From NCBI GenBank assembly GCA_964455675.1, contig CAYVYK010000002.1, positions 7,791 to 71,790 of the forward strand: 64,000 nucleotides of DNA, written 5' to 3'. Made by a program: the position numbers and the translations under genes. This DNA comes from an uncultured Methanosarcinales archaeon. GTDB taxonomy: Archaea; Nanobdellota; Nanobdellia; Woesearchaeales; CAYVYK01. The notes beneath the pieces were generated by a model. It was given only the letters and a program-made list of their open reading frames with translations. It searched no databases and was not told where the DNA came from. Positions 9,530-19,475 of the stretch are shown here, one piece after another; within the stretch, counting starts at the first letter, position 1; each line of letters starts with the position of its first letter.

Positions 9530-10090
9530 ATGCGATTTGTATATATACTTCCTATACTTATGATAATCATCTCATGCACGGAAAGTGGCAAGTTAAATGA
9601 GTTCCAGTCTGTTCACTTTCCCGAGGGAGCATATGTTGAGGTGAGAAATGTGTCCGCATTGATAGTAAAGTGCCCTGATTTCGCGAATAATGCTCGAATT
9701 CCCGACGAATACACCTGCATGGGTGCCGATTCAAGTCCGGAGATTCTCGTCGAGGGAATACCAAAGGATACCAAGAGTCTGGTGCTTGTTGTCGATGATC
9801 CGGATGCGCCGAGAGGTACATGGGATCACTGGATTGTTTTTAACATCAAGCCAACTTCACGCATTCCAAAGGAATCCGTTCCTGGTGTTCAGGGAAGAAA
9901 TAGCTGGGGACGCACCGATTATGGTGGTCCTTGTCCTCCGTCTGGAACACACAGGTATTTTTTCAAAGTGTACGCGCTTGACATGGTCTTACCATTGACA
10001 GAGGGAGCCTCAAAATCTGATGTTATGCAGGCAATGAAGGGACATATTCTTGCTTCCGGTCAACTCATTGGATTGTATAGTAAGACATAG
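9530..10090 (+). CDS. YbhB/YbcL (PEBP / Raf kinase inhibitor-like) protein with lipoprotein-like signal
   Basis: DDPDAPRGTWDHW; YGGPCPPSGTHRYFF. Confidence 0.95.
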   Translation: MRFVYILPILMIIISCTESGKLNEFQSVHFPEGAYVEVRNVSALIVKCPDFANNARIPDEYTCMGADSSPEILVEGIPKDTKSLVLVVDDPDAPRGTWDHWIVFNIKPTSRIPKESVPGVQGRNSWGRTDYGGPCPPSGTHRYFFKVYALDMVLPLTEGASKSDVMQAMKGHILASGQLIGLYSKT

Positions 10091-10113
10091 GAATATAATC
10101 ATGAGCTCTCGTT

Positions 10114-10863
10114 CTATACAGCGAGGAAAAGCTTCAGTACGTACATGATCCCAATTCCAATAAGGAAGAATATTAACGCATAGAGGGATTTCTTTAAATC
10201 GGCTTCTCGGTGGAGTTCGGGAATAAGATCAGACGCGGCTATATATATGAATCCTCCGGCAGCAATCGGCACAAGGTAAGGTATAAACGTGTATTGGATA
10301 GACGATATTGTTAATCCAAAGAGGGCTCCAAGAACTGCGAATAGTGCTGTAAGAAAGTTTGCGAGAAGCGCTTTTGTTTTTGTAAATCCTCCATGGAGTA
10401 GTACCGCAAAGTCGCTGATCTCTTGAGGTATTTCATGCGCCATAATCGCAAGCGTTGTGACGACACCTAGACTCACTGAGGTTACAAATGCTGCTGCGAT
10501 AATGACTCCATCAATAAGGTTGTGGATACTATCACCAAGGAGACTCATATATGTGAAGGTGTGGACTTCACAGTCTCCCTCGTTCCTGTGGCAATGATGC
10601 CATTTCAGCATCCGTTCAACTATAAAAAATAAGGTGAATCCTGCAAGCACACCAAAACTTGCGACTTGGGGTCCTGATTCTTCCACAGACTCTGCGATAA
10701 GGTGAAGAAACGCTCCACCCATAAGGGCTCCAGCAGACATTCCGACAAGAAGGTATAGGGTCTTACGTAGGAAGGTATCTTTAAGTGATAAAGTTACGAG
10801 ACCGACAAGGCTGCATAAACTCACCGCAATGGTCGCGAGTAGTGTATATATTACAACGGACAT
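10114..10863 (-). CDS. ZIP-family metal transporter
   Basis: GDSIHNLIDG, AHEIPQEISDF and a His-rich loop WHHCH. Confidence 0.95.
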   Translation of the reverse strand: MSVVIYTLLATIAVSLCSLVGLVTLSLKDTFLRKTLYLLVGMSAGALMGGAFLHLIAESVEESGPQVASFGVLAGFTLFFIVERMLKWHHCHRNEGDCEVHTFTYMSLLGDSIHNLIDGVIIAAAFVTSVSLGVVTTLAIMAHEIPQEISDFAVLLHGGFTKTKALLANFLTALFAVLGALFGLTISSIQYTFIPYLVPIAAGGFIYIAASDLIPELHREADLKKSLYALIFFLIGIGIMYVLKLFLAV

Positions 10864-10963
10864 GTGGTACACTCGAGCTGCGGGTACTTATAAGTATTGC
10901 GGTGGGAAGACACAAGTATTGTGCGTTTGATCTTGAGCCTATCAAAAATTATATATAGAAGCG

Positions 10964-11392
10964 ATGACAAAAAACAGAAGGGGTGTTACTATAGCACAGT
11001 GTAAAGTTTGCGGAAAGGAGATTGACCGTGAAGCTGATCAGGTGGCGTATTCTGACGCTGTTGGAGGTTTATGTCACTTAGAGTGCTGTGTACGCTCATC
11101 AATGACTGAAGCCTCTGCTGAACTCGATGCCCGTAACTATCAGACCTCAATACCAGCAGAAAGGGTTGCAGGCGATTTTTTTACAGCAACCGAGCCAATC
11201 CGTAAAAAAGAATCCAAGAAAAAGATGAAAAAGGGACCTAAAAAAATTAGGAAGGTAGTTAAACAGAAAATCAAGATAAAAAAGACCGTAAAGAAGCCCA
11301 AGAGAACTTTAAAGGCTCAAAAAACGGCCAAAAAATCAGAAAAGAGGTTTAATAGTCTTTTTCAAAGGGTAAAGAAAGCTCTGAAAAGGTAA
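10964..11392 (+). CDS. Hypothetical protein: Zn-finger N-terminus and very Lys-rich C-terminal tail
   Basis: CKVCG...CHLECC; C-terminal ~60 aa dominated by K/R; TTATATA promoter upstream. Confidence 0.7.
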   Translation: MTKNRRGVTIAQCKVCGKEIDREADQVAYSDAVGGLCHLECCVRSSMTEASAELDARNYQTSIPAERVAGDFFTATEPIRKKESKKKMKKGPKKIRKVVKQKIKIKKTVKKPKRTLKAQKTAKKSEKRFNSLFQRVKKALKR

Positions 11393-11396
11393 TTGT

Positions 11397-11822
11397 ATGC
11401 GTAAAGTACTTGTGTTTGGAACTTTTGATATCGTTCACCCTGGACACATGTTCCTCCTACGTAAGGCACGAGAGGGAGGTAATTATGTGACCGCAGTCAT
11501 AGCTAGAGACAAAAACGTGAGGAAGATTAAAGGTCATCCGCCGATCAATAAGGAACAAAAGCGTATTGAGGTATTGAGAAGCACCCACCTGGTACACGCT
11601 GCGATCCTTGGGGATTTGGATGACCCGCTTAAAATTCTTGAGAAGTATCGACCTGATATCATTTATTTGGGTTATGACCAGAAGCATTTTGTGCCTGAAC
11701 TAGAGGCCTATCTCAAGCGAAAGAAGATGAAGACCAAGATTCTCAGGGTGGCCGCCTACAAACCCAGAATATACCATGGTGCTAGGTTCCGACGGGGTCT
11801 ACCGATGGAGATGTGCGCGTAA
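11397..11822 (+). CDS. ribL: Cytidyltransferase-like nucleotidyltransferase, probably archaeal FAD synthase
   Basis: FGTFDIVHPGH (HxGH), VIARD, PDIIYLGYDQ. Confidence 0.8.
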   Translation: MRKVLVFGTFDIVHPGHMFLLRKAREGGNYVTAVIARDKNVRKIKGHPPINKEQKRIEVLRSTHLVHAAILGDLDDPLKILEKYRPDIIYLGYDQKHFVPELEAYLKRKKMKTKILRVAAYKPRIYHGARFRRGLPMEMCA

Positions 11823-12497
11823 GTTTGCGATTTTTCCGAAGTGATATGTTTTATCGTGCACAATGAATATATCCAGCATGTTTGCGTCCTTTACAAAGGG
11901 AGTTTTAAAATCATCTGACAAGAGGTTGCGACCTTCAGCGAACGCGCTGAATGCAGGCATCATGATAAGATGTCGTTTCCGATACATCCCAACGGCAAAA
12001 CACTTGTATCGTTCATGCTTGCTTCCCTCAGTAAGTTCTATTGATGGATGTTCATGACCTATGATTACAGTCTTCACATCTGAGGGTATCTCTTGTGGCT
12101 CCTGATCACCATGTAATACGAGGACGTCCTTCATGTGTAGCTCATTAACGGTTGATACGTTTCGCTTACTTGCGATTGGAGCAAGTATCACATCATGGTT
12201 CCCTTTCACGATAGTGATTTCCTTATCCTTGAAGGAGTCAAACAGGGCGATCAGGTCTCTCCATTCTAAAGGCAGGATGCTTCCAAACTCGTGTTTCACG
12301 TCACCGTTCAGAATGAGCCGTCGGAATGGAAGGTGTTTGAACGCTTGAAGCTCTTTCAGTGTGAGGTGGGTGTATGGTGTAAGAATCCCTCGTTTGCTCA
12401 ATGATTCCTCATATCCCAGATGGATATCTGACACAATGAGTGCATCATGACAAAGGAGTGCTAAACCAACAGTCTGGATACCTGGAAAAAGTTCCAT
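11799..12497 (-). CDS. Calcineurin-like metallophosphoesterase (COG1407-like)
   Basis: SDIHLGYE, NGDVKHEF, KGNHD, LHGD, GHEHP. Confidence 0.9.
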   Translation of the reverse strand: MELFPGIQTVGLALLCHDALIVSDIHLGYEESLSKRGILTPYTHLTLKELQAFKHLPFRRLILNGDVKHEFGSILPLEWRDLIALFDSFKDKEITIVKGNHDVILAPIASKRNVSTVNELHMKDVLVLHGDQEPQEIPSDVKTVIIGHEHPSIELTEGSKHERYKCFAVGMYRKRHLIMMPAFSAFAEGRNLLSDDFKTPFVKDANMLDIFIVHDKTYHFGKIANLRAHLHR

Positions 12498-12529
12498 GCG
12501 GACAATGTTGCAGTTGAATTATAAAAAAC

Positions 12530-12931
12530 CTAAGAATTGTTTGGTGATTCCTTGATCCCTGAATCTCTAAGGGACTTCTTCCACATGAGCCCGATCTTCA
12601 TGAGGTCATTGTAAAACCTATCTGAAAGTTTGTAGGTCTTCTTGTAAAGGTCGTAGTCTATAAGGCCCATGCTTTTCATAGGCGTTAGAATTCGGTCATA
12701 AAACTGCCGCTTATTGTAGGACAATCGAACACGATTCTTATTGAGGACGGTCTCATACTTGCCCTCATGCAAAGAAATGGCAAACATGGACATAGCTGTT
12801 TTTCCAATTTCTCCTCCATTTTCAGCCATGTATTTCATAAGTTCCTTGGCTACGATCACTTGCTGCTCAGTAGCGAAGATCACTTCAAATACATCATTTG
12901 GTAAGTTAAATCGATCAAATAGTATGACCAC
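12530..12931 (-). CDS. Hypothetical winged-helix-like protein
   Basis: YNKRQFYDRILTPMKSMGLIDYD...TYKLS helix-wing pattern; GTG start with TATA upstream. Confidence 0.6.
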   Translation of the reverse strand: MVILFDRFNLPNDVFEVIFATEQQVIVAKELMKYMAENGGEIGKTAMSMFAISLHEGKYETVLNKNRVRLSYNKRQFYDRILTPMKSMGLIDYDLYKKTYKLSDRFYNDLMKIGLMWKKSLRDSGIKESPNNS

Positions 12932-13138
12932 TTCTACCCCCGGATACGTTCCATTTGTCTTAGTATATAAAGTTTACTCTTTTGTCGCCCTAGTGCACAC
13001 ATTTCGCAAAATGTAGGTTAAAGGGTAGCAGTGGAGCCTCCGTTTTTCCTTTTCGTCCTTAGGCAATGCTCTATAAGACGCGTAAATTGTTAAAAATCGA
13101 GCTGTCAACACAACATCAATAGAATACAAAGTGCATCG

Positions 13139-14491
13139 CTACTTTGCAAACCCCATACCGCCCTGCATCTTCTGGATGTTCTTTAGCATGCGGTCGGGAT
13201 TTTTTCCCCGGAACATCTTGACCATCTTCTTGCTCTGCCGATACTGCTTGACGAGCTCTCTCACATCAGCTACTTGATTTCCGGATCCTCGTGCAATGCG
13301 TTCGGCGCGATCAGCGCTAATGATTTCTGGATCCTCAAGCTCCTCTTTCGTGCATGAGTCCATGATATGGCGCCATCGTTCAAGTTTACCCTCTTGGACT
13401 TGGAGCGCGTCTTTGGGCAATTTAATCTGTGATAGACCAGGAACCATCTCGATGACTTTGCTAAGTGGACCCATTTTCCTCATTGTTTGCATTTGTTCGT
13501 ACAAATCAATGAGATTGAAATCGCCCTTGAGTAGACGGGTACCAAGGTCCTTGACTTCTTCCTCCTGGAATGCTTCCTGTGCTTTGTCAAGTAGTGCTTC
13601 AAGGTCCCCCATCCCAAGCAACCTACTAACAAATCCCTTAGGATTGAAAGGCTCAAGGTCCTCAACTTTTTCTCCAACTCCGATGAATTTTATTGGCGCT
13701 TTCGTGATTGCACATGCCGAGAGCGCGCCACCTGCTTTTGAAGTCCCATCCATCTTTGTAGCTATGACACCGGTGATTCCACAGCTCTTGTGAAATTCCT
13801 CTGCTTGGCGTTGTGCAGCTTGGCCGATATCAGCTGAGATGACAAGAAGGTTCTCTTGAGGTTTGAGTGTATTATTGATCGTACGAATTTCTGTAATCAA
13901 GTCTTCCGATAGGGCGTCCCTTCCTGCGGTGTCGATAATGATAATGTCATAAGATTCAAGGTCCCGTCGAAATTTCTCCCAAATCTTTACTGGATCCTTG
14001 ATCACGCGGTCAACATAGACAGGAATACTGATGGTTTTCCCGATCTGTTCGAGCTGGTCCATAGCTGCCGGTCGGTGAACATCTAGTCCAAGTAGTGCCA
14101 CTCGATGCCCACGCTTTGAGAAGTACCTTGCAAGTTTTCCGCTCGTAGTAGTCTTTCCGGAGCCAAACAATCCAACCATCATTATATGGAATGGTTTTTT
14201 CTCTATAGCTATCTCGCTACGCTCTCCACCAAGAAATCCAGTAAGCTCATCGTAGACTATGTTGATGAGGTGTTCCTTCTTGGAAAGCCCTGCGGGTGTT
14301 TCTTCCTTGAGTGCTCGCTCTTTTATCTTGTTTGAGAGATCAAACACGAGCTTAACGTTCACATCTGCCTGCAACAGACTTCGCTGGATGTCCTTCACAA
14401 GTTCGTTGACAAGTTTTTCATCGACGAAAACAGCCTTAGCTATCTTGCTTAGGGTTTCCTTGAGAGAGCTACTTAACTTATCAAGTACCAT
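13139..14491 (-). CDS. srp54: Signal recognition particle protein SRP54
   Basis: Start at MVLDKL (14491). GLFGSGKTT, DTAGR, TKMDG and a Met-rich M domain. Confidence 0.97.
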   Translation of the reverse strand: MVLDKLSSSLKETLSKIAKAVFVDEKLVNELVKDIQRSLLQADVNVKLVFDLSNKIKERALKEETPAGLSKKEHLINIVYDELTGFLGGERSEIAIEKKPFHIMMVGLFGSGKTTTSGKLARYFSKRGHRVALLGLDVHRPAAMDQLEQIGKTISIPVYVDRVIKDPVKIWEKFRRDLESYDIIIIDTAGRDALSEDLITEIRTINNTLKPQENLLVISADIGQAAQRQAEEFHKSCGITGVIATKMDGTSKAGGALSACAITKAPIKFIGVGEKVEDLEPFNPKGFVSRLLGMGDLEALLDKAQEAFQEEEVKDLGTRLLKGDFNLIDLYEQMQTMRKMGPLSKVIEMVPGLSQIKLPKDALQVQEGKLERWRHIMDSCTKEELEDPEIISADRAERIARGSGNQVADVRELVKQYRQSKKMVKMFRGKNPDRMLKNIQKMQGGMGFAK

Positions 14492-14645
14492 ACCATTTGG
14501 GATGAAAAGATCGTATTTAAAGCTATGGTCTCTGACAGGCGAGGGAATGGTTGGGGCGCAAATATCCAGATGAGACGCAGAAAGAAATGACACGGTGAAA
14601 TGATTTAGCAAAAGGCTTTTAATTGCGAACATGCTCGGAGAGTAT

Positions 14646-15635
14646 ATGCAGAGGTACTGTCTCGGAATTGAGAGCACTGCGCATACGTTTGGCGCAAGTG
14701 TTGTAACTTTTGATGGTAGGGTAGTATCCAATGTCAAGCATAGTTATACGACGAAGAAAGGCGGCATGATTCCATCGCAGGTGGCTGAACATCATATTCT
14801 CGTTGTTGATACTGTAATTGCTGATGCTCTTGTGAAAGCTTCCATTTCGTTACATGATATCAGCTTGCTCGCATTCTCACAGGGCCCTGGCATGGGTCAT
14901 GCGCTAAACATTGGAGCATGGACAGCACGTGCAATAAGCATACTTAGGGGAATTCCACTTATCGGCGTGAATCACTGTATTGCTCATCTTGAGATTGGCA
15001 GAGCCATCACGAAGGCGCAAGATCCCGTGCTACTGTATGTTTCGGGTGCAAACACTCAAGTTATTGCATATGATGGGGGCAAATATCGTATTTTTGGGGA
15101 GACTCTCGACATTGGCGTTGGGAATTTTATTGACTCCTTGGCTCGTGAGTTGGGCCTTGGATTTCCAGGCGGTCCGGAAGTGTACAGACTAGGATTGAAG
15201 GGCAGGAACTACATTGAATTGCCATATTGCGTCAAAGGAATGGATGTCAGCTTTGGTGGGATACTCACGAACATCAAACATAAGATCCATGAAAAGAAAT
15301 TCAATCCGGAGGATCTTGCATATTCCGCCGAGGAGACTGTGTTTGCCATGCTTCTTGAAGTAAGTGAGCGTGCAATCGCGCACTGCGAGAAGACCGAACT
15401 ACTCCTCGGTGGCGGTGTTGCTTGCAACATTCGATTCCAGGAGATGGCAAGGGAGATGTGTAAATCACACGGGTGGAAATGCTACATTCTGCCAAACGAA
15501 TATAATGTTGATAATGCTGCCATGATCGCTCTGACTGGTGTGATGATGCACAATAAAGGCATTGTGACGAAATTGACAGATAGCGAAGTGAGGCCATACG
15601 AACGTACTGACGACGTAGAAGTTAAATGGCGTTAA
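14646..15635 (+). CDS. kae1: KEOPS t6A threonylcarbamoyltransferase Kae1/TsaD
   Basis: LGIESTAHT, VNHCIAHLEIG, GETLDIGVGN, DNAAMIA. Alternative ATG at 14631. Confidence 0.95.
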   Translation: MQRYCLGIESTAHTFGASVVTFDGRVVSNVKHSYTTKKGGMIPSQVAEHHILVVDTVIADALVKASISLHDISLLAFSQGPGMGHALNIGAWTARAISILRGIPLIGVNHCIAHLEIGRAITKAQDPVLLYVSGANTQVIAYDGGKYRIFGETLDIGVGNFIDSLARELGLGFPGGPEVYRLGLKGRNYIELPYCVKGMDVSFGGILTNIKHKIHEKKFNPEDLAYSAEETVFAMLLEVSERAIAHCEKTELLLGGGVACNIRFQEMAREMCKSHGWKCYILPNEYNVDNAAMIALTGVMMHNKGIVTKLTDSEVRPYERTDDVEVKWR

Positions 15636-15907
15636 TCCGCGGCAAATAGCCGCGAGTCATGCACATCAAAAACTCCGATGCGTGCTCCTGCGTCGAGCCA
15701 CCCGTGCGCATAGTTCACGGCTGCAAACGCATTGACATAATCACCTTTGTTCTTAAAGTGTCTTGCGTCGGACAAGTAACGTTCAATCATGTCAAGAAAC
15801 TCTTCGCGCGAGATCTTTGTTCTATTTTTGCTTTTACGTGCCAAGTCCAATGCCTGTGTCGTCAATTCCAGGTACTTTTGCAGTTTTTCTTCAGTTATTT
15901 CTCGCAT
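15632..15907 (-). CDS. DUF357-family protein
   Basis: YLSDARHF...GDYVNAFAAVNYAHGWLDAGARIG. Confidence 0.85.
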   Translation of the reverse strand: MREITEEKLQKYLELTTQALDLARKSKNRTKISREEFLDMIERYLSDARHFKNKGDYVNAFAAVNYAHGWLDAGARIGVFDVHDSRLFAAD

Positions 15908-15910
15908 GGT

Positions 15911-16570
15911 TCACTCCCCGAATCGACACATGAGTTCTCCGATACCAGTGAATGTGGCTACTTGATACCCAAGTTGTCTAGCGACATGTATGTGTCTTTC
16001 CTGGTCATCCACAACGAGCGTCCTATTCGGTGGAACACCTAGTTCAGTCGTTGCACGATGCCACATGTGTTCATCTGGTTTTACATATCCCACCATCCAT
16101 GAATAGATGACACAGTTTGGTTCAAAAAACTGATCGAGATCCCATGATGGTTGCAACACCTCATAGGGCGAGGCGTTGGAAAGTAACGCCAGACGGTATC
16201 CTTTTCGATGAAGATGTTCAAGCATCTGATGCACCCCTGTGATAGGCTGAGACCCAGGCCTTTCACCTGTTCCAATGAGGCTTTCGCGCAACGTATCAGC
16301 GACGTAGTGGATGTTCTGTTCGGTCGCGGGTATGTGAAATGCACCAAGGAAATATATTGCTATAATCTCCGGGGTAGTGAGCTGAGGCGACAATTGAAGT
16401 GCTTCTTCGTATGTGCGTGGGTATTCATCATGTACTGGTGATGCCTTTCCATAGCTAAAAGGTCGCTCGATCCCAAAGTGATCCCTCAGTCGTTCCTTTA
16501 CACTGAATGGTTTTCTCACGAGAGTATACCAGAGGTCAAAAATGACTGCTTCGATTGGCTCGTCAGACAT
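15911..16570 (-). CDS. HAD-superfamily hydrolase
   Basis: AVIFDLWYTL, LLSNA, KPD, VVDD. Confidence 0.85.
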   Translation of the reverse strand: MSDEPIEAVIFDLWYTLVRKPFSVKERLRDHFGIERPFSYGKASPVHDEYPRTYEEALQLSPQLTTPEIIAIYFLGAFHIPATEQNIHYVADTLRESLIGTGERPGSQPITGVHQMLEHLHRKGYRLALLSNASPYEVLQPSWDLDQFFEPNCVIYSWMVGYVKPDEHMWHRATTELGVPPNRTLVVDDQERHIHVARQLGYQVATFTGIGELMCRFGE

Positions 16571-16816
16571 TATTTAACGTAACTACACGAGATTATAATA
16601 AAATTGTGTTGTTTTTTGAATTTCCCACTTCTGGCGAGATTTTCAATCCAAAGAGACATCACGGCGGTCTGCCAGCTCAGATATCCAGAAAGTATTTCTT
16701 AGTCACAAAGACCTCACGATCAAAACACCAAAATGTCAAATGAGTCCCTAGCTTTCAAAAAACTACAGTTCTTTTGTGTACCCTGGCCTTCAAGATAGAA
16801 ATTAGCGGGGCCTTTG

Positions 16817-16951
16817 TTATTCCACAAGAAAATGACGGAGCGCTGCCTCGACAACCTGGCTCTTGTTCTTAAGGGACCGATCAGCTCGTATCTTATCGCG
16901 GATTTTGTAGATAAGTCCCTCTTCCACTGATACGCTCATTTTGAATTTCAT
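16817..16951 (-). CDS. 44-aa ribbon-helix-helix (CopG/Arc-like) protein, absent from the ORF track
   Basis: Translated by hand: MKFKMSVSVEEGLIYKIRDKIRADRSLKNKSQVVEAALRHFLVE*. It has an alternating beta strand and an NKSxVVExAL helix, with TTTATAAA upstream. Confidence 0.8.
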   Translation of the reverse strand: MKFKMSVSVEEGLIYKIRDKIRADRSLKNKSQVVEAALRHFLVE

Positions 16952-17053
16952 GAATATAAAGAAAAGGCCTTCCTTTTATAAATGTATCGTTTATGTAACC
17001 ACTACATGGTGGTTAATAATACCCAGCGAAAGGGAAAAAATTCTCGCCAGAGC

Positions 17054-18325
17054 TTATACTCTGTAAGGACTTCCGCCCCACTTGCTAGCATGGCCTTCCG
17101 ATGACTCGGTCGTCGATCTGCGTTCCCGATGCCCGCGGTGCTCGTATCCCCCCCGAAAGGATTCTCGCCGCTCTCCTCGTATTGGTCTTCGTTCCCTTGA
17201 GTCACCACCGGTATGGAAACTAAGCCGGGGAAATGAGGGTTTGGGTAGTTCTTTGACGGTCACGTCATACTTGCTGAGAATATCTCTAAATGCCTCATGA
17301 TCGCGCTCGCTGAGAAGTGTTATGGCTTTTCCAGACTGACCCGCTCTTGCAGTTCTGCCCACGCGGTGGATGTATTCCTGCGGGTCTTTTGACAGATCAT
17401 AGTTGATGATGTGGCTTACATCCTCGATGTGGAGTCCACGAGCAGCGACGGCACTTGCGACAAGGATGGCGATCTTATTGTGATGGAAATCCTCGATTAC
17501 TTTAAGTCGGCGGGTCTGACTGAGTTTCCCGTGTATCATCTCAGCGCTAAATCCATACCTTCGAAGATTCCGACCAACAATATCCACGGTCGTGCGCGCT
17601 GAACAGAAGATGATCACCCTGTTCGGTTTCTCGGTCTTTAACAGATGAACGAGGATGGAAAATTTCTCGTGCGGCTGCACGCAATAGAAGTACTGCTTGA
17701 GATATTCCTCTTGAACGTACATGCTAGTCTTCACTGTCTCCGGATCATGCATGTATCTTTGTTTCAACATCTCAATCTCTTGGGATATCGTTGCACCAAA
17801 GAGGAGCAACTGGCGATTTTCCGGTGTATGGTCAAGGATTTGTGTTATGTCCTCTATGAATCCCATCTCAACCATCTTGTCCGCTTCATCAAGTACAACG
17901 CAAGAAATACGGGATAGGTCAATCGTCTCTCGCCCGATATGATCAAGCAACCTTCCTGGAGTACCGACTACAATGTCTGCAGTTGTCAATTTTTGTATTT
18001 GTGGTTCAATCGCGACGCCCCCAAATATCGTAACGATTTTGCATGGGGTGTACTTCGCGAGTTTTGCGAGGTCCTGTCCGATCTGAACGACAAGCTCCCT
18101 CGTAGGCCCCATGATTAGGTATTGGGGCCCTTTTCCTCCCTCTAGATGCTCGAGAATGGGTATTCCAAACGCAGCAGTCTTTCCTGAACCTGTCTTGGAT
18201 ATCCCAATAACATCCTTTCCCTCCCTGATCAGGGGAAGCGTGAGCTCTTGAATTTTTGTTGGTTTTGTTATGTTCAGTTCGTTGAGTGATTTGATTAGTT
18301 CTGGCTTTAGTGTTTTGAATGGCAT
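17054..18325 (-). CDS. DEAD-box RNA helicase
   Basis: Start at MPFKTL (AGGTGA RBS). TGSGKT, PTREL, DEAD, GAT, ARGLH, HRVGRTARAG; R/G/E-rich tail. Confidence 0.96.
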   Translation of the reverse strand: MPFKTLKPELIKSLNELNITKPTKIQELTLPLIREGKDVIGISKTGSGKTAAFGIPILEHLEGGKGPQYLIMGPTRELVVQIGQDLAKLAKYTPCKIVTIFGGVAIEPQIQKLTTADIVVGTPGRLLDHIGRETIDLSRISCVVLDEADKMVEMGFIEDITQILDHTPENRQLLLFGATISQEIEMLKQRYMHDPETVKTSMYVQEEYLKQYFYCVQPHEKFSILVHLLKTEKPNRVIIFCSARTTVDIVGRNLRRYGFSAEMIHGKLSQTRRLKVIEDFHHNKIAILVASAVAARGLHIEDVSHIINYDLSKDPQEYIHRVGRTARAGQSGKAITLLSERDHEAFRDILSKYDVTVKELPKPSFPRLSFHTGGDSRERRPIRGERRESFRGGYEHRGHRERRSTTESSEGHASKWGGSPYRV

Positions 18326-18498
18326 GTATTCACCTGGAACCAAGGTCTCCTTGGGAAACAGAATGAGCGATTCGCCTCTGTTTCGTCCTTCCGACACAAA
18401 CAAAACGGCATGTTCTTTTAAGCTTTGCGATATTCCTTTTTACTGTCGACGAAAAGTGCTACCCTGGTTAAATACCTGTAACCGCTGACCACAGATGC

Positions 18499-19395
18499 TC
18501 AGACACCAAGAAGAGTGCGCACATCACCTGCGACCCTCGATGGTAGCATTGCGACTGCATCCGGGCGATCGAGGAGTCTCATGGCATGTTGAAGCTCATC
18601 CCCTCCATACCGTGATCCGATGTAGCAGAGCACTCCTGCAATGCATGATCTGGTCGGTTCCCACTCTTGTGAGTTTAGAAAAGCGATAAGATTGGCAGGA
18701 TCTGCACGTACAGAGAACAATTGTCTGGAGAATTGGTCGCTTTCGCGAAACATATCTTGGAGCTTGCTTGGTGTTTCATCTATCTCAACGACGTATACAC
18801 CATCAAAACCTTTGGGTCCCACAATTGGGAAGTAATTCAGTCCGATGAAGTGCTTTGCGTCAATTGCTCTCGCCATTTCACCAGTCTCGTTAAGCATGAT
18901 TCGGTCTATAAAGTCTGGAACGGAGATATGATTATCATGGATGTCTCTCTCGTTTGAAAACCCGCCGAATGCAGAGATCTTCTTATCTCCAAAGTCTCTC
19001 TTGTTGCCAAACAAGGCGAAATGACCGCCATCGCACACTGGAAGAATCCAAGATGCAAAGGGATTGTACCCAAGCGTATTTGCTGTTTGGGTATCATGCA
19101 TCTGTGTATCCGCACGGTTGAAATGCTGATTGTACCGGAAACCTGCTGTAAATACACCCGCCTCGTATCTCGTGTGCGGATACTGGGCGCCATTGTCAGC
19201 GAACGAATGGAGGTAGGCGATAGGAGAATCCTTTGCTGTGGGCCTTTTTGCACAAAATTTCTGCCATGTATCGTTTACTCTCGCTTCCACGTCCACAGGA
19301 ACCTCTGGTGCCACACGGTTAACGGTGATGGTCAGGTGATCTAATGTCAGTGGGTGGTGGAAGTCCCATATCTGGATTGGAGAAAGATATGCCAT
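18499..19395 (-). CDS. Hypothetical protein with degenerate Nudix-like fold
   Basis: Start at MAYLSP avoids overlap with hisS. FGGFSNERD...RIMLNETG resembles a degenerate Nudix box. Confidence 0.5.
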   Translation of the reverse strand: MAYLSPIQIWDFHHPLTLDHLTITVNRVAPEVPVDVEARVNDTWQKFCAKRPTAKDSPIAYLHSFADNGAQYPHTRYEAGVFTAGFRYNQHFNRADTQMHDTQTANTLGYNPFASWILPVCDGGHFALFGNKRDFGDKKISAFGGFSNERDIHDNHISVPDFIDRIMLNETGEMARAIDAKHFIGLNYFPIVGPKGFDGVYVVEIDETPSKLQDMFRESDQFSRQLFSVRADPANLIAFLNSQEWEPTRSCIAGVLCYIGSRYGGDELQHAMRLLDRPDAVAMLPSRVAGDVRTLLGV

Positions 19396-19475
19396 TACTG
19401 AGAGAGTTACTTTTCTGAATAAAAGGGTTTCTATGCCTGAAAACTTATAAATACTGGATAATTGTCGAATGAAGT

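Noticed and set aside
14492..14737. 82-aa N-terminal extension of SRP54 in the ORF track
   Set aside because: It overlaps kae1 on the opposite strand. SRP54 homology begins at MVLDKL (14491), with a TATA box just upstream.
18340..18400. Hammerhead ribozyme in the helicase leader (GGACGAAAC)
   Set aside because: The CUGAnGA core is absent.
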